From: Acidobacteriota bacterium
Lineage (GTDB): Bacteria; Acidobacteriota; UBA6911; RPQK01; JAJDTT01
Assembly: GCA_965263035.1 (NCBI GenBank)
Contig: OZ253580.1
Location: forward strand, 608,001 to 672,000
DNA length: 64,000 bases
Direction: 5' to 3'
Part shown: positions 1 through 9,954 of the stretch, piece after piece
Position numbering within the stretch: position 1 is the stretch's first letter
Layout of the letters: each line of letters opens with the position of its first letter
Translations under genes and position numbers: made by a program
Notes under the pieces: generated by a model
Seen by the model: the letters and a program-made list of their open reading frames with translations, nothing else
Told to the model about the DNA's origin: nothing
Databases searched by the model: none

Positions 1-1277
1 CCGGCCTGAACCGTCTTTACGGCCACGGCCGCCAAAGCCAAGGGCCCTTGGATGTCCTTGTCCTCGTCGAACGCCGCCTGGTCGCCCTCCAGGTCCGTTT
101 CTCCCCAACTTCGTGCAGACGTGGAGAAGAGCTTGGACGAGTTGTACCCGAGCGAGCTGTCGGTCACCTGCACGCTCTGAGCCATGGGGAAAAAGGTCAT
201 GACTCCACGCAGTTCATCCGTAATCGGGTGGGTCTCGTAACTGGAGACGATGGGCGCGGCCACTCCCAGGCCGAAGAGTTGCCCCACTCCGCTGGCGTCG
301 ATCACCACGTTCCCGTCCACACCCAATCCGTACTCAGCCAGAAGATCATCCATGGAGAATCTGGTCCGGGGGTCCAGCAGCAGCAGCAGCTTCCCTCCGC
401 CCTCCAGGTATTCCTTCAGGAGCCTGACTTCATTGGGGAGAAAGCTCACCGTGGGACCGGCCGAGATCAGGACCGCGGGATTCTCGGGCAGGGCATTCTC
501 CTGCGCCAGGTTGTAGCTCCGGACCACGTAGTTCTGTCTCTCGACCGCCTCCTTGACTTGGGACAACCCGTCAGGGCCGGCCTCCTCCAGACTTCGCTCT
601 CCGTGACCCGTCAAGAAGTAGACGATCTTCTGTCCCTCGCGGGTCACCTTGATGATGGCGTTGGTGATCTTAGCCTCGTCAAAATCATCCACGATCTCGG
701 TCCGGGCTCCACCGGCCACGGCGACCTGGCCAAAGCGTTCCACGTCGAACCGGGCCACGCGGCTCGGTTCCTTCTGCGGGTCCACCACCTCAAAGTTGAC
801 CCGGGTGGAGACATATCGGTACTGCTGCATCAACTCCTCAAAGACTTGGGCCTGGATTTCGTCCTGGAAGAAACCCACGATCCGGATCTCCCCTTCCAGG
901 GCCTCGACCACCTTTCGGCTCTGGCTGGAAAGGGAGTAAAGCTGGTTCTCCGTCAAGTCGATTCTCCGATTGTGGCGCAGATTGAGGAAACTCAGCAGAC
1001 AAACGATGGCGACCACCAGCACCGTGGAGGCGCCCGCGGCGGCGCCATGGCGCCCACGGCGCGAGGTCAAGCCCGACCGCAACTGCCCCAGGTTCAGGAC
1101 GATCCAGAGAATCAGCAGGCCGGCGCCGCCGTAAACGGCCGTCTGGGCCTTCCAGTCCCAGAGATTGTTGACCGAATAGTAGAAGTAGCCGCCGATCAGG
1201 CCTCCCGCGCCGGCGTAGATCAGGGTCTCGGAGGTGCCGAATGCCGAGACCAGAGGCTGAATCAGTTTCTTGAACAC
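1..1277 (-). CDS. GldG-family ABC transporter auxiliary protein (partial, runs off window start)
   Basis: Not in ORF track; manual translation from GTG at 1277 (GGAGG RBS 1285-1289): MFKKLIQPLV..., TM segments, then NLRHNRRIDLTENQLYSLS, typical of GldG N-terminus; follows ABC ATPase and permease. Confidence 0.8.
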   Translation of the reverse strand, partial: MFKKLIQPLVSAFGTSETLIYAGAGGLIGGYFYYSVNNLWDWKAQTAVYGGAGLLILWIVLNLGQLRSGLTSRRGRHGAAAGASTVLVVAIVCLLSFLNLRHNRRIDLTENQLYSLSSQSRKVVEALEGEIRIVGFFQDEIQAQVFEELMQQYRYVSTRVNFEVVDPQKEPSRVARFDVERFGQVAVAGGARTEIVDDFDEAKITNAIIKVTREGQKIVYFLTGHGERSLEEAGPDGLSQVKEAVERQNYVVRSYNLAQENALPENPAVLISAGPTVSFLPNEVRLLKEYLEGGGKLLLLLDPRTRFSMDDLLAEYGLGVDGNVVIDASGVGQLFGLGVAAPIVSSYETHPITDELRGVMTFFPMAQSVQVTDSSLGYNSSKLFSTSARSWGETDLEGDQAAFDEDKDIQGPLALAAVAVKTVQA

Positions 1278-1278
1278 T

Positions 1279-2067
1279 TCAGGACCTCCATTTCGGGGAG
1301 TTCAGGGAAACCGAAGTCAGGAAGAGCCCCATGAAGATCAGCGACAGATAGAAGAAAACGTGGCTGGTGTCCAGGACTCCCTTGGTGAAGTCTTCGTAGT
1401 GGTTCATGATGGAGAGGTAGCGCAGGACCTCGTTGCCCAGCGTCGATCCGGTTCCGGCCATCCAATCCACGACCCACAGGATGATGAAGAGACCGAAGGA
1501 GAGGATGCCCGCGACGATCTGGCTCTCGGTCAGCGAGGACGCGAAGATCCCCAGGCTCAGGAGCGCACCGCCCAGCAGGAAGGCTCCCAGGAATCCGTTG
1601 AGAACCGGGCTCAAGGGCGGCAGCGGATCGCTGTAGAAGTAGAGAAGGCACAAACTGAGGATGGTGGGGACCAGCATCACCAGAAGGAAGACCATGACCG
1701 CCGTGAACTTGCCGAGAATCAGCTGCAGGTGGGTCAGCGGTGAGGTGAAAAGGAGCTCGACGGTGCCCCGCCTCTTCTCTTCCGCGAAGACGCCCATGGT
1801 GATCAGGGGCATGACGAGCAGAAATATGGTGCTGATGACGCTCAAGATTTGGCTCATGATCACGGAGAACGCATCCACCGGGGGCGGTGCGGACCCGAAC
1901 TGTTGGGCTTGGAATCCCATTTGCTGAATCCTCTCGATGATGGAGGTGGTGATCCCGAAGAAGAAATAGCCAGATACGGCGAAGAAAACGCCCAGCACGG
2001 CGTAGGCGATGGGACTGACGAAGAAACCATACAGTTCCTTGCTGACGATGGCGAAGTAGTTTCTCAC
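1279..2067 (-). CDS. ABC-2 type permease (GldF-like)
   Basis: KELYGFFVSPIAY, EEKRRGTVELLFTSP motifs; multiple TM helices. Confidence 0.9.
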   Translation of the reverse strand: MRNYFAIVSKELYGFFVSPIAYAVLGVFFAVSGYFFFGITTSIIERIQQMGFQAQQFGSAPPPVDAFSVIMSQILSVISTIFLLVMPLITMGVFAEEKRRGTVELLFTSPLTHLQLILGKFTAVMVFLLVMLVPTILSLCLLYFYSDPLPPLSPVLNGFLGAFLLGGALLSLGIFASSLTESQIVAGILSFGLFIILWVVDWMAGTGSTLGNEVLRYLSIMNHYEDFTKGVLDTSHVFFYLSLIFMGLFLTSVSLNSPKWRS

Positions 2068-3059
2068 GATGCCACCTCCCCCTCCGGCTCCAGATCGTCC
2101 CCTTCCCGGATGGTTCCCTCCGACGTTTCTTCCTCGGTCGTCAACTCGACGAAGACGTCCTCCAGGCTGACGGACCGGACCTTCAACTCATAGAGATCGA
2201 GTCCCCCCCGAATCACCTGGCGGGCCACCGCGTGGCGGATCTCGGCCTGACCGTCCGCCTCCACCAACACGGACGAAAGGCCGTTCCCGGTCTCTTCGAC
2301 CGCCACTCTTCTCACGTGGGGGAGGGCACTCAGGAGCTCCGTCACACGGCCGGTGTCCCCGCCCACCGTCAGGTCGATCTGTTCCCCGCCCTGCACCTGG
2401 CTGGTCAGGTTCTGGGGAGTATCGACGGCCACGATGCGTCCGCGGCTGATGATGATGACCCGGTCGCAGGTCATGCTCACTTCGGGCAGTATGTGAGTGG
2501 AGAGGATGATGGTGTGCTCACCCCGGAGACTGCCGATGAGGTCCCGGAACTCGATGATCTGTTTGGGGTCCAAACCGATGGTCGGTTCGTCCAGAATCAG
2601 GACGTCCGGGTCGTGGATCAGGGCCTGAGCTAATCCGACCCGTTGCCGGTATCCCTTGGACAGGTGCTTGATCAAACGTTCGCCCTGACCCGACAGTCCG
2701 CACCGTTCCTTGACGATCTCCATTCGGCCCGGCGTGTCGGAGCTGGCCAGTCCCTTGATCGTGGCCACGAATCGAAGGTAGCTGTCCACCGTCATTTCGG
2801 TGTACAGAGGTGGACTCTCCGGCAGGTAACCCACCCGGCTCTTGGCCTCCAGCGGATGCTCGAAGACATCGTAGCCGGCCACCACTGCCCGTCCCTGTGT
2901 CGCCGGGAAGAAGCCGGCCAGAATCCGCATGGTGGTGGTCTTCCCGGCTCCGTTGGGACCCAGAAATCCAAGGATCTCTCCCTGTCGAACCTGGAAGCTC
3001 ACGTCCTCGATGGCCGCCAGCAGGCCATATCGTTTGGTCAGATGTTCCGCCTCGATCAT
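2064..3059 (-). CDS. ABC transporter ATP-binding protein (GldA-like)
   Basis: Walker A GPNGAGKT, signature LSKGYRQR, Walker B ILDEPT; start trimmed to ATG MIEAEHL; 4-bp overlap with permease. Confidence 0.92.
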   Translation of the reverse strand: MIEAEHLTKRYGLLAAIEDVSFQVRQGEILGFLGPNGAGKTTTMRILAGFFPATQGRAVVAGYDVFEHPLEAKSRVGYLPESPPLYTEMTVDSYLRFVATIKGLASSDTPGRMEIVKERCGLSGQGERLIKHLSKGYRQRVGLAQALIHDPDVLILDEPTIGLDPKQIIEFRDLIGSLRGEHTIILSTHILPEVSMTCDRVIIISRGRIVAVDTPQNLTSQVQGGEQIDLTVGGDTGRVTELLSALPHVRRVAVEETGNGLSSVLVEADGQAEIRHAVARQVIRGGLDLYELKVRSVSLEDVFVELTTEEETSEGTIREGDDLEPEGEVAS

Positions 3060-3139
3060 CTGTGTCCAATCTCCTGGGAAATTTCTCTGGGAATGAAGAA
3101 TCTTCAGGAACCGCCGGTGGCGGCTCCCGACTTGACACG

Positions 3140-4390
3140 CTACGTCGGACTCAGACTGGTGCTCCTCGAAACTTCTCGAGAGGCACCGTACCGATCCGTT
3201 ACATAATCTTCCAGTATCCGAATGAACCGGTCGGGGATCCCATCTCCCCGCAGCGTCGTGAACTGCCTTCCGTCCATGTAGACCGGCGCCTTCGGCTCTT
3301 CGCCGCTCCCCGGCAGCGAAATACCGATATCCGCATGCTTGGACTCCCCGGGGCCGTTGACGATGCAACCCATGACCGCCACCTTGAGGTCCTCGACGCC
3401 CGGATAGAGTTGCTTCCAGTCCACCATCCTAAGACGCAGGTGATGTTCGATTCGTTCCGCCAATTCCTGGAAGAAGCTGCTGGTGGTCCGACCGCAGCCG
3501 GGACAGGCACTGACCTGGGGGGTGAAGCTGCGAAGGTTCAGGGATTGGAGAATCTGCTGGGCCACACGAACTTCCTTGGTTCTGCTGGCTCCGGGCAGCG
3601 GAGTCAGACTCACACGAATGGTCTCTCCGATTCCGTCGTGCAACAGAACGCCCAGAGCTGCCGAACTGGCCACGATTCCGCGACTCCCCATCCCCGCTTC
3701 CGTCAGCCCCAGATGCAGAGGGTAATCACAAGACCGCCCCAGAACTCGATAGATCCGGATCAGCTCGGGCGCCGAGGACACCTTGGCGCTCAGAATGATG
3801 CGATTCTTGGGAAGGCCGTATTCCCGGGCCAGCTCCGCGGACTCCAGGGCACTCGCGACGATGGCCTCCTCGAGCACCGCGGCGGCGCTCCTGGGCTCGG
3901 CCCGGGCTGCGTTGACCTCCATGAGCCGTGACAGCAGATCCTGGTCCAACGAGCCCCAGTTGACTCCGATGCGAACCGGCTTGTCATATTCCAGCGCCAG
4001 CTGAATCAGCCGCCGGAAGTTCTGGTCGCGATAGCGGCCCTTTCCCACGTTGCCGGGGTTGATCCGGAACTTGCTCAGGGACCGGGCGCAGTCGGGATGA
4101 TGGCCGAGGAGCAGATGGCCGTTGTAGTGGAAATCTCCCACTATGGGTACGTCGTTCCCTTCGTCTCTCAGCCGGCGCACGATTTCGCCGACCGACCGGG
4201 CCGCGGCATTGCTGTTGACGGTGATCCGCACCAACTCGGAGCCGGCCGCTGCAAGCTCCCGGATTTGACGGAACGTGGCCCCCACGTCGGCGGTATCCGT
4301 ATTGGTCATGGACTGGACCACGATGGGCGCATCGCCACCGACCGTGACATCTCCCACCTTGACCGCAACCGTTTTCCTGCCCCTGGACAT
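3140..4390 (-). CDS. ispG: (E)-4-hydroxy-3-methylbut-2-enyl-diphosphate synthase
   Basis: [39 protein letters not shown]. Confidence 0.97.
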   Translation of the reverse strand: MSRGRKTVAVKVGDVTVGGDAPIVVQSMTNTDTADVGATFRQIRELAAAGSELVRITVNSNAAARSVGEIVRRLRDEGNDVPIVGDFHYNGHLLLGHHPDCARSLSKFRINPGNVGKGRYRDQNFRRLIQLALEYDKPVRIGVNWGSLDQDLLSRLMEVNAARAEPRSAAAVLEEAIVASALESAELAREYGLPKNRIILSAKVSSAPELIRIYRVLGRSCDYPLHLGLTEAGMGSRGIVASSAALGVLLHDGIGETIRVSLTPLPGASRTKEVRVAQQILQSLNLRSFTPQVSACPGCGRTTSSFFQELAERIEHHLRLRMVDWKQLYPGVEDLKVAVMGCIVNGPGESKHADIGISLPGSGEEPKAPVYMDGRQFTTLRGDGIPDRFIRILEDYVTDRYGASREVSRSTSLSPT

Positions 4391-4615
4391 GGTCGGAATT
4401 CTACAATACGGCCCTCTTCCCCAACAAGCCGGAAAGCCCTCGGGACAGCCCGGACTCCACCCTCCGGAGGGCCGGAAAAGTTGTGATCGACGGGCCGATT
4501 CCGTATCATGAAATTGCCCACTTTGAGGCGCGGATTTGGGCCCTGAAGCGCCCATAGAGGTGCCGGGAGCGGGTTCCTGACTCGTCCATTATTCCCTCGA
4601 AGGAGTTATTCGAAG

Positions 4616-5959
4616 ATGACCGAAATCATGGAACGCCTCCTGGAAGCGTCGAGCCCAAAGGAGTTTTCGGGCTGCATGAAGGAGGCTCAGAACCATTTCT
4701 CGGCTCCCGCCGATTTCGTGGAGGCGGTGGCGGGTTACCTTCCCACCCGCTTGTATGAGAACTACTACGGCGATTCGGTTCCGCGCGGCTTCTTCGGAAT
4801 CATGGCGGCCACCGAGGCCCAGACCATTCTGCCTGCGGAAACCGGGTGGCGCCCCTACGTTCAGCAGACCTGGAGCGCCGCCAGGGAGCGGAAGCGGACT
4901 CCTTGGGAGCTGGACAAGATCGAGGCCCGCAACCACGAGAGCCTGGAGAAGCGCTGGCACCACTTCACCCAGGCGGCCGCGTCGGCCGACGTTCCCGCTT
5001 CGCTCGCATGGGCCAAGGGATTTCTTGCCAGCCCCTCGGACCGGGACTTTTTTCGGTCGCAGGGACTATCTTACGCCCTGGCCGATACGGTTCATGGAGG
5101 ATTCAAATTTCTCTATCTGCTCCAGGCCTGGAAACTGGCTCAGTCGCTCCAGTGGAAGAACCTGGAAGCGATCCTCTTCCCTGCACTCCATTTCCTGGTG
5201 GCCGGCCCCCGGGAGAAACACCTGTCGGCCCAGGTCCGGGAATACTGGCAGGCCAATCCCCTGACCGCGGCCTTGAAGAACAGCGGGACGGTTTCCGAGG
5301 AGTTTCGCGCCCGTTTCGAGCAGACATGCCTCTTCGGAGAATCGATCGAAGAGGCGTTGGATGCCGTGATGCGACTGGGTCAATCCGGCGCCAGTGTGGA
5401 AGCGATTCGGGACGTGCTGCTCCTGACTGCGGCCCAGGCCGTGGCCAACTCCCGGACCGGTCATTGGCCGGACCCGGCACGCGCCTTGAACTTCGTGTAC
5501 TTCTTGCGAGACTGGGCGAATCTGGTGGAGCCTCACCGCCGGACCTTCGCGCTGCTCCTGGGAGCCGCCCTGATCCACCGGGCCTCGACGAAGAGCTCCG
5601 AAGGCGGTGAGAACCGGGTTCTGGATCAGCTCCCCGGCCATTTGCTTCCCACAGATGCCACCAAGGTCCTACGAAGTGTCGTCAGCCATTCGGATCCATA
5701 CGCGTCCGCTACAGCGGCCAAAGTCATTCTGGACCGGGAATCCGAGAACGGCGCCGGCTTGGCGACGACTCTGATGGATCTGGCCGTCAAGAACGACGGG
5801 CACGTGTGCGGCGGAGACGACATCCTTCTGGTCAAGGTGGCGGCGGACTGCCACCAGGCCTCTTCAGCTGCCGACAGGAACCGGTATCTTGTCGCCACGG
5901 CCTTCTTTCTGGGGCGGATTCCCAAGAGCTACAAGCTGTTCGGTGCCTACGGCTTCTAG
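4616..5959 (+). CDS. hypothetical protein, 447 aa, probably alpha-helical
   Basis: Long ORF, AAGGAG RBS, natural composition; no family recognised. Confidence 0.75.
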   Translation: MTEIMERLLEASSPKEFSGCMKEAQNHFSAPADFVEAVAGYLPTRLYENYYGDSVPRGFFGIMAATEAQTILPAETGWRPYVQQTWSAARERKRTPWELDKIEARNHESLEKRWHHFTQAAASADVPASLAWAKGFLASPSDRDFFRSQGLSYALADTVHGGFKFLYLLQAWKLAQSLQWKNLEAILFPALHFLVAGPREKHLSAQVREYWQANPLTAALKNSGTVSEEFRARFEQTCLFGESIEEALDAVMRLGQSGASVEAIRDVLLLTAAQAVANSRTGHWPDPARALNFVYFLRDWANLVEPHRRTFALLLGAALIHRASTKSSEGGENRVLDQLPGHLLPTDATKVLRSVVSHSDPYASATAAKVILDRESENGAGLATTLMDLAVKNDGHVCGGDDILLVKVAADCHQASSAADRNRYLVATAFFLGRIPKSYKLFGAYGF

Positions 5960-5966
5960 GAAAACC

Positions 5967-6006
5967 GTAGGGGCGCCCTGGGAGGGGGGACATTCCTGTC
6001 CCCCTC
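5967..6006 (+). repeat. REP-like element (GTAG plus GC-rich hairpin)
   Basis: GTAGGGGCGCCC followed by hairpin GGGGGACA-TTCC-TGTCCCCC in intergenic space. Confidence 0.45.
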
Positions 6007-6064
6007 TTCATCGCCGACCCGGAACCGCGGCTGGAGAGCCGCCGCTGACACGTAAAGGCAAGAA

Positions 6065-7345
6065 TTGAGGAGAAACTCCCTTCCCGCCACGAGCGATCTT
6101 GCCATCATCGGCGCCGGTCCCATCGGCATGGAAGCGGCCAGTCGAGCCGCTCTGGCCGGTCTGAACGTCGTCGTCCTCGAGAAAGAGGCGGTGGGACACC
6201 ACCTCTCCCAGTGGGGTCACGTTCGACTGTTCAGTCCCTTTCGATCGAACCACTCGCAGTGGGGCCTGGAGCTGATCAGAGCCGCCTTTCCGAAGCTCTC
6301 CCTTCCGCCACCGGACAGCTACCCGACCGGTGCCGAAATGGTCGAGACGTACCTGAAGCCGCTGGCCCGGACTCCTCAACTCTCGGGCCGGATTCTGGAG
6401 GGGATCACCGTCCGGTCGGTGGGACGGGAGGGGTTGGGCAAAAAGGATCTCCTGGGCAAGCCGGAGCGTTCTCATCACCCCTTCAGATTGCTGGTAGAGC
6501 AAGGAGGACGGAGTTCGATCCACAGATCCCGATCCGTCGTCGACGCCTCGGGGGTCTATTCCTGTCCCCAGTACTTGGGCAACGGCAATATCGCCGCGCC
6601 CGGCGAGTGCGAGGCACAACAGGCTGCCCCGGATCATTTTCACCGGCAAATGGTGGACGTGAGTGGGAACCAACGTTCCCGGTTCGCCGGTCGCCGCGTG
6701 CTGCTGGTGGGCGGCGGCTACTCGGCGGCAACGACCCTCGAGGCCCTCCAAAAGCTGGCGGAGACGGCGCCCCGCACCCGGGTTTTCTGGGTCAATTCCT
6801 CGCCCCAGACCACCCCTTACGAGCGGTATCGGGACGATCCCTTTCCCTACCGGGACCAGATCGCCGCGTTGGCCAATTCACTGGCCCAGCGTCCACCCTC
6901 CTGGCTGTCGTATCTGGGAAGCTCCATGGTGGATGAGATTCTGTCGTGGTCCCCGCAGGGTCCCTTCCGGGTCGTGGTTGACGGAACTCGGAACGGAGAC
7001 CGGAAGCGGCGGGAGATCGAGGTGGACGAGATCGTCTCCCACGTGGGATTCGAGCCCGACAACTCCATCTACCGGCAGCTTCAAGTCCACGAATGTTACG
7101 CCACCTCCGGTCCCATCAAGCTGGCGGCCAGCCTGCTGGGTGGATCGGGCGATTGCGGCGATCAGGCCGGCCCGGACCTCGACCTCCTGAGGAATCCCGA
7201 ACCCGACTTCTTCATCGTGGGCAACAAGAGCTACGGGACCAATTCCACGTTCCTGATCCAACAAGGCGTCACCCAGGCGAGACTCATCATCGACCACCTG
7301 GCGAGCCGGCTCAAAGCCGCGCATCGCCCAATGCCGGTTGCTTGA
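6065..7345 (+). CDS. FAD-dependent NAD(P)-binding oxidoreductase / flavin monooxygenase-like
   Basis: IIGAGPIG, WGHVRLFSP, DASG, VGGGYSA, GNKSYG motifs. Confidence 0.85.
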   Translation: MRRNSLPATSDLAIIGAGPIGMEAASRAALAGLNVVVLEKEAVGHHLSQWGHVRLFSPFRSNHSQWGLELIRAAFPKLSLPPPDSYPTGAEMVETYLKPLARTPQLSGRILEGITVRSVGREGLGKKDLLGKPERSHHPFRLLVEQGGRSSIHRSRSVVDASGVYSCPQYLGNGNIAAPGECEAQQAAPDHFHRQMVDVSGNQRSRFAGRRVLLVGGGYSAATTLEALQKLAETAPRTRVFWVNSSPQTTPYERYRDDPFPYRDQIAALANSLAQRPPSWLSYLGSSMVDEILSWSPQGPFRVVVDGTRNGDRKRREIEVDEIVSHVGFEPDNSIYRQLQVHECYATSGPIKLAASLLGGSGDCGDQAGPDLDLLRNPEPDFFIVGNKSYGTNSTFLIQQGVTQARLIIDHLASRLKAAHRPMPVA

Positions 7346-7427
7346 CCAGCGCGTGGCCGGAATCTACGGTGGATTCCGACTGCACCGTCCGCTGGGGAGA
7401 CCGTCACAAGACAACCACAAGGGAGGA

Positions 7428-7452
7428 GGGCAACCACAAGGGTTGCCCCTAC
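7428..7452 (-). repeat. GTAG-type REP palindrome
   Basis: Minus strand GTAGGGGCAACCCTTGTGGTTGCCC; partial second copy CAACCACAAGGG at 7412-7423. Confidence 0.65.
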
Positions 7453-8018
7453 CGCCAGTCTCCCAGCGCGTCCAGCAGATCCTTGATCATGCGCGCGGTC
7501 AATCCCCAGACGGAGTCGCCTTGGTAGTTAAAGAAATAGACCGGAAACGGACGGCCTCCGCGATGCCGGGTTTCCACCCGGGGACGGGTGTCGCGAAAGA
7601 AGGCGTAGGGCACTTGCAGGACTCGTTCCACTTCCGCGGGACTGGGAATCAAGGAGAATCCCGGCTTCAAGTATCCCACGTAGCAGGCGACGTGGGTGTC
7701 GGTCACGGCCTGGTAATCGTGAAACCGGCCCAGTAGCTCCACATACTCCGGCTCGATCCCGACTTCCTCTCCGGTCTCCCTCAGAGCAGTCTGCCAGAGG
7801 GAGCGATCGCCAGCCTCCTCCACGCCTCCCGGAAAGCAGATCTGCCCCTTGTGGGTCGCGACTTCCCGGGTTCGCTTGGTCAGCAGGAAAGAGGGCTCGC
7901 CCCCGCCATCCAGAAGGCCCATGAGGACCGCAGCCTGAGCTTTGGATGGGGCCGGATTCCTTCGTGGCGGAATCCGCAACAGCCGGCGCCGGATCCGCTC
8001 CTTCCACACCACTTTCAA
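7449..8018 (-). CDS. Nudix CoA pyrophosphatase (NudL-like)
   Basis: LLTKR...HKGQICFPGG...TALRETGEEVG Nudix box; VWGLTARM. Confidence 0.9.
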   Translation of the reverse strand: MKVVWKERIRRRLLRIPPRRNPAPSKAQAAVLMGLLDGGGEPSFLLTKRTREVATHKGQICFPGGVEEAGDRSLWQTALRETGEEVGIEPEYVELLGRFHDYQAVTDTHVACYVGYLKPGFSLIPSPAEVERVLQVPYAFFRDTRPRVETRHRGGRPFPVYFFNYQGDSVWGLTARMIKDLLDALGDWR

Positions 8019-8039
8019 GGGGACGACTCCTGGCCCGGG

Positions 8040-8480
8040 TCAGTCGGTTGGACCGCCGGAGATGTATTGCTCCAGTTGCCTGATGGTGAACTCCTGCTCG
8101 GAGATGATGGACTTGACGACGTCGCCGATGGAGATCATCCCCACCAGTTCTCCCCCCTCCATCACCGGAAGATGCCGGATTCGCTTCTGGGTCATGAGCC
8201 CCATACACTCCTCCATGCCCTGCTCGGGCCGGACGTAGATCACCTTCCGGATCATGATCTCCCGGACTTGAGTGTTGTGGGAGGCCTTGCCCTTGAGGAT
8301 CACCTTCCTGGCATAGTCCCGCTCCGAGAAGATCCCCACCAGACGGCCCGACTCCAGCACCAGAAGAGCTCCGATGTTCTTTTCGGCCATCAGCTTGAGG
8401 GCATCCAAAACGGAGGTGCCGGGGCTCACGGACCAGACGTCGAAACCTTTGGAGTGGAGCAACTGGCGGACAGTTTTCAT
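8040..8480 (-). CDS. CBS-domain pair protein
   Basis: IGALLV, GIFSERDYARK, RIRHLPV, ISIGDVVK. Confidence 0.92.
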   Translation of the reverse strand: MKTVRQLLHSKGFDVWSVSPGTSVLDALKLMAEKNIGALLVLESGRLVGIFSERDYARKVILKGKASHNTQVREIMIRKVIYVRPEQGMEECMGLMTQKRIRHLPVMEGGELVGMISIGDVVKSIISEQEFTIRQLEQYISGGPTD

Positions 8481-8495
8481 GGCGCGCCTCTGGAT

Positions 8496-9020
8496 TCAAT
8501 ACGGACGGCTGCTGCCCGGATCATTGCCAATGATCTCTTCCTCACCGACTAGTGCCAGCACGCGACGGCGGATCGCTTCCGACATCCACATACCGGTATT
8601 CTCCAGCGAATATAGATGGGTAGCAATGCGTTCGACCAAGCCATGCGATTTCGCTTCGATGAGAACCTTCAGCGTTCCCCATACATTGAGTCCCGCAGCC
8701 TGCGCTATACGCCGCGCCTGCCTGTCATCCAGCAGAACGGTACATCCAGGATGTTCCAGCGCCAAAGCGAGTACGGCCAGCTCTCCCGCCCCCAGATCCA
8801 GATTCAGCCATTTGGACGGGATGACGCGAGGGTCAACGACCTCAAGCCACTCGTAGTCTTGCGGATCGGGAACGTCATACCCTTTCTGTTGCCCTTCCGA
8901 CAACTCCCTCACCACAGCCTGAGGAATCCGGACTTCGCCGCAAAGAATGGGAAGCCATCTCAAAGCGTCGATTCGATAAAGATACAACAGCGGTGACGTG
9001 TTGCTGATGCACTCAGACAT
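8496..9020 (-). CDS. DUF3368-type PIN-domain toxin
   Basis: ISNTSPL, LGAGE, LLDDRQAR, GTLKVL. Confidence 0.85.
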   Translation of the reverse strand: MSECISNTSPLLYLYRIDALRWLPILCGEVRIPQAVVRELSEGQQKGYDVPDPQDYEWLEVVDPRVIPSKWLNLDLGAGELAVLALALEHPGCTVLLDDRQARRIAQAAGLNVWGTLKVLIEAKSHGLVERIATHLYSLENTGMWMSEAIRRRVLALVGEEEIIGNDPGSSRPY

Positions 9021-9264
9021 GATCGCGTTCCAGGTCGTTCAGCTCCGCCTCGAGCGGGAAGACCTTGTAGCGATCGAGCGTCAGCAGGAACTCCACCCGC
9101 GCCATCCCGGCAAGTTCCGCAGCTCGCCCGGACGAAAGACGACCGAGCTCGTAGAGCTTGACCGCGGCCAGCATACCGAGTTCACGAGCAAAAGCGCGCT
9201 CGTCAGTCTTCTCGGCTAGAAGCACGCTCTCCGGAACGCTGATTGCGATTTTGCGCATTGTCAT
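9013..9264 (-). CDS. UPF0175-family antitoxin
   Basis: AVKLYELGRLSSGRAAELAGMARVEF; overlaps PIN gene; start trimmed to MTMRK. Confidence 0.85.
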   Translation of the reverse strand: MTMRKIAISVPESVLLAEKTDERAFARELGMLAAVKLYELGRLSSGRAAELAGMARVEFLLTLDRYKVFPLEAELNDLERDHV

Positions 9265-9268
9265 TTTC

Positions 9269-9946
9269 TCAGATGTCCTGTTCGAGAATTTGGCCGTGGT
9301 CCCTGAGCCAGCGCCGCGCTTTTTCCATTGTAGGAGCATGCGTCCTGACAATATTCCAGAATCGAGGCGTATGATTCGCCTCAATCAAATGAGCAAGTTC
9401 GTGCACGATGACGTAATCGATCACGAACATGGGCGCCTTGATCAATCGCCAATTCAGGTTCACGTTGTCCTTTACCGTGCAGGACCCCCAGCGGAAACGA
9501 TTGTCCACGATCCTCGCACCGGCAAAATCCACCCCGAGAGTCGCCGCAATGGATTCCACCTTCGGCAGAATCCTCTCTTTCGCTCGCTCGATGTACCAGT
9601 TGCGAAGGATTCGCTTACGCCCGCCCGTCAGGGAGGCCGGGATCAGGAAACGCCGTTCGAAGCGTATTTCCGTCGAGTCGGTCGGGATGATCTCGATTTG
9701 GTACTCGCGGCCGAGATAGAGCGTGGATTCCCCGTTCACCAACTCCTTGCCGGGCGGATGAGGTTGCTTCTCATATTTCTGGGCATGGGCCCTTTTCTCA
9801 TAAATCCACCGACGTTTTGACTCGACAATTTCCCGGATTATTTCTTCGGAAGTAGATTCGGGTGCATGCACGACAACACTGCGATCCCGTTCGACCGTAA
9901 TTGTCAGTTTCCTACGTTTCGATGAGCGTCTGATTGTGTAGGACAT
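9269..9946 (-). CDS. M48/YgjP (DUF45) metallopeptidase-like protein
   Basis: RWGSC, YVIVHELAHL, NHTPRFW; usual neighbour downstream of hsdR. Confidence 0.9.
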   Translation of the reverse strand: MSYTIRRSSKRRKLTITVERDRSVVVHAPESTSEEIIREIVESKRRWIYEKRAHAQKYEKQPHPPGKELVNGESTLYLGREYQIEIIPTDSTEIRFERRFLIPASLTGGRKRILRNWYIERAKERILPKVESIAATLGVDFAGARIVDNRFRWGSCTVKDNVNLNWRLIKAPMFVIDYVIVHELAHLIEANHTPRFWNIVRTHAPTMEKARRWLRDHGQILEQDI

Positions 9947-9954
9947 GCGCAAGG

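Noticed and set aside
48-1334. 428-aa plus-strand ORF
   Set aside because: Antisense shadow of the GldG-like gene on the minus strand.
8470-8520. Expected att duplication of the tRNA-Leu 3' end at the far side of the islet
   Set aside because: No TGGTGCCGGAG-like copy seen by eye, so no integrative element was called.
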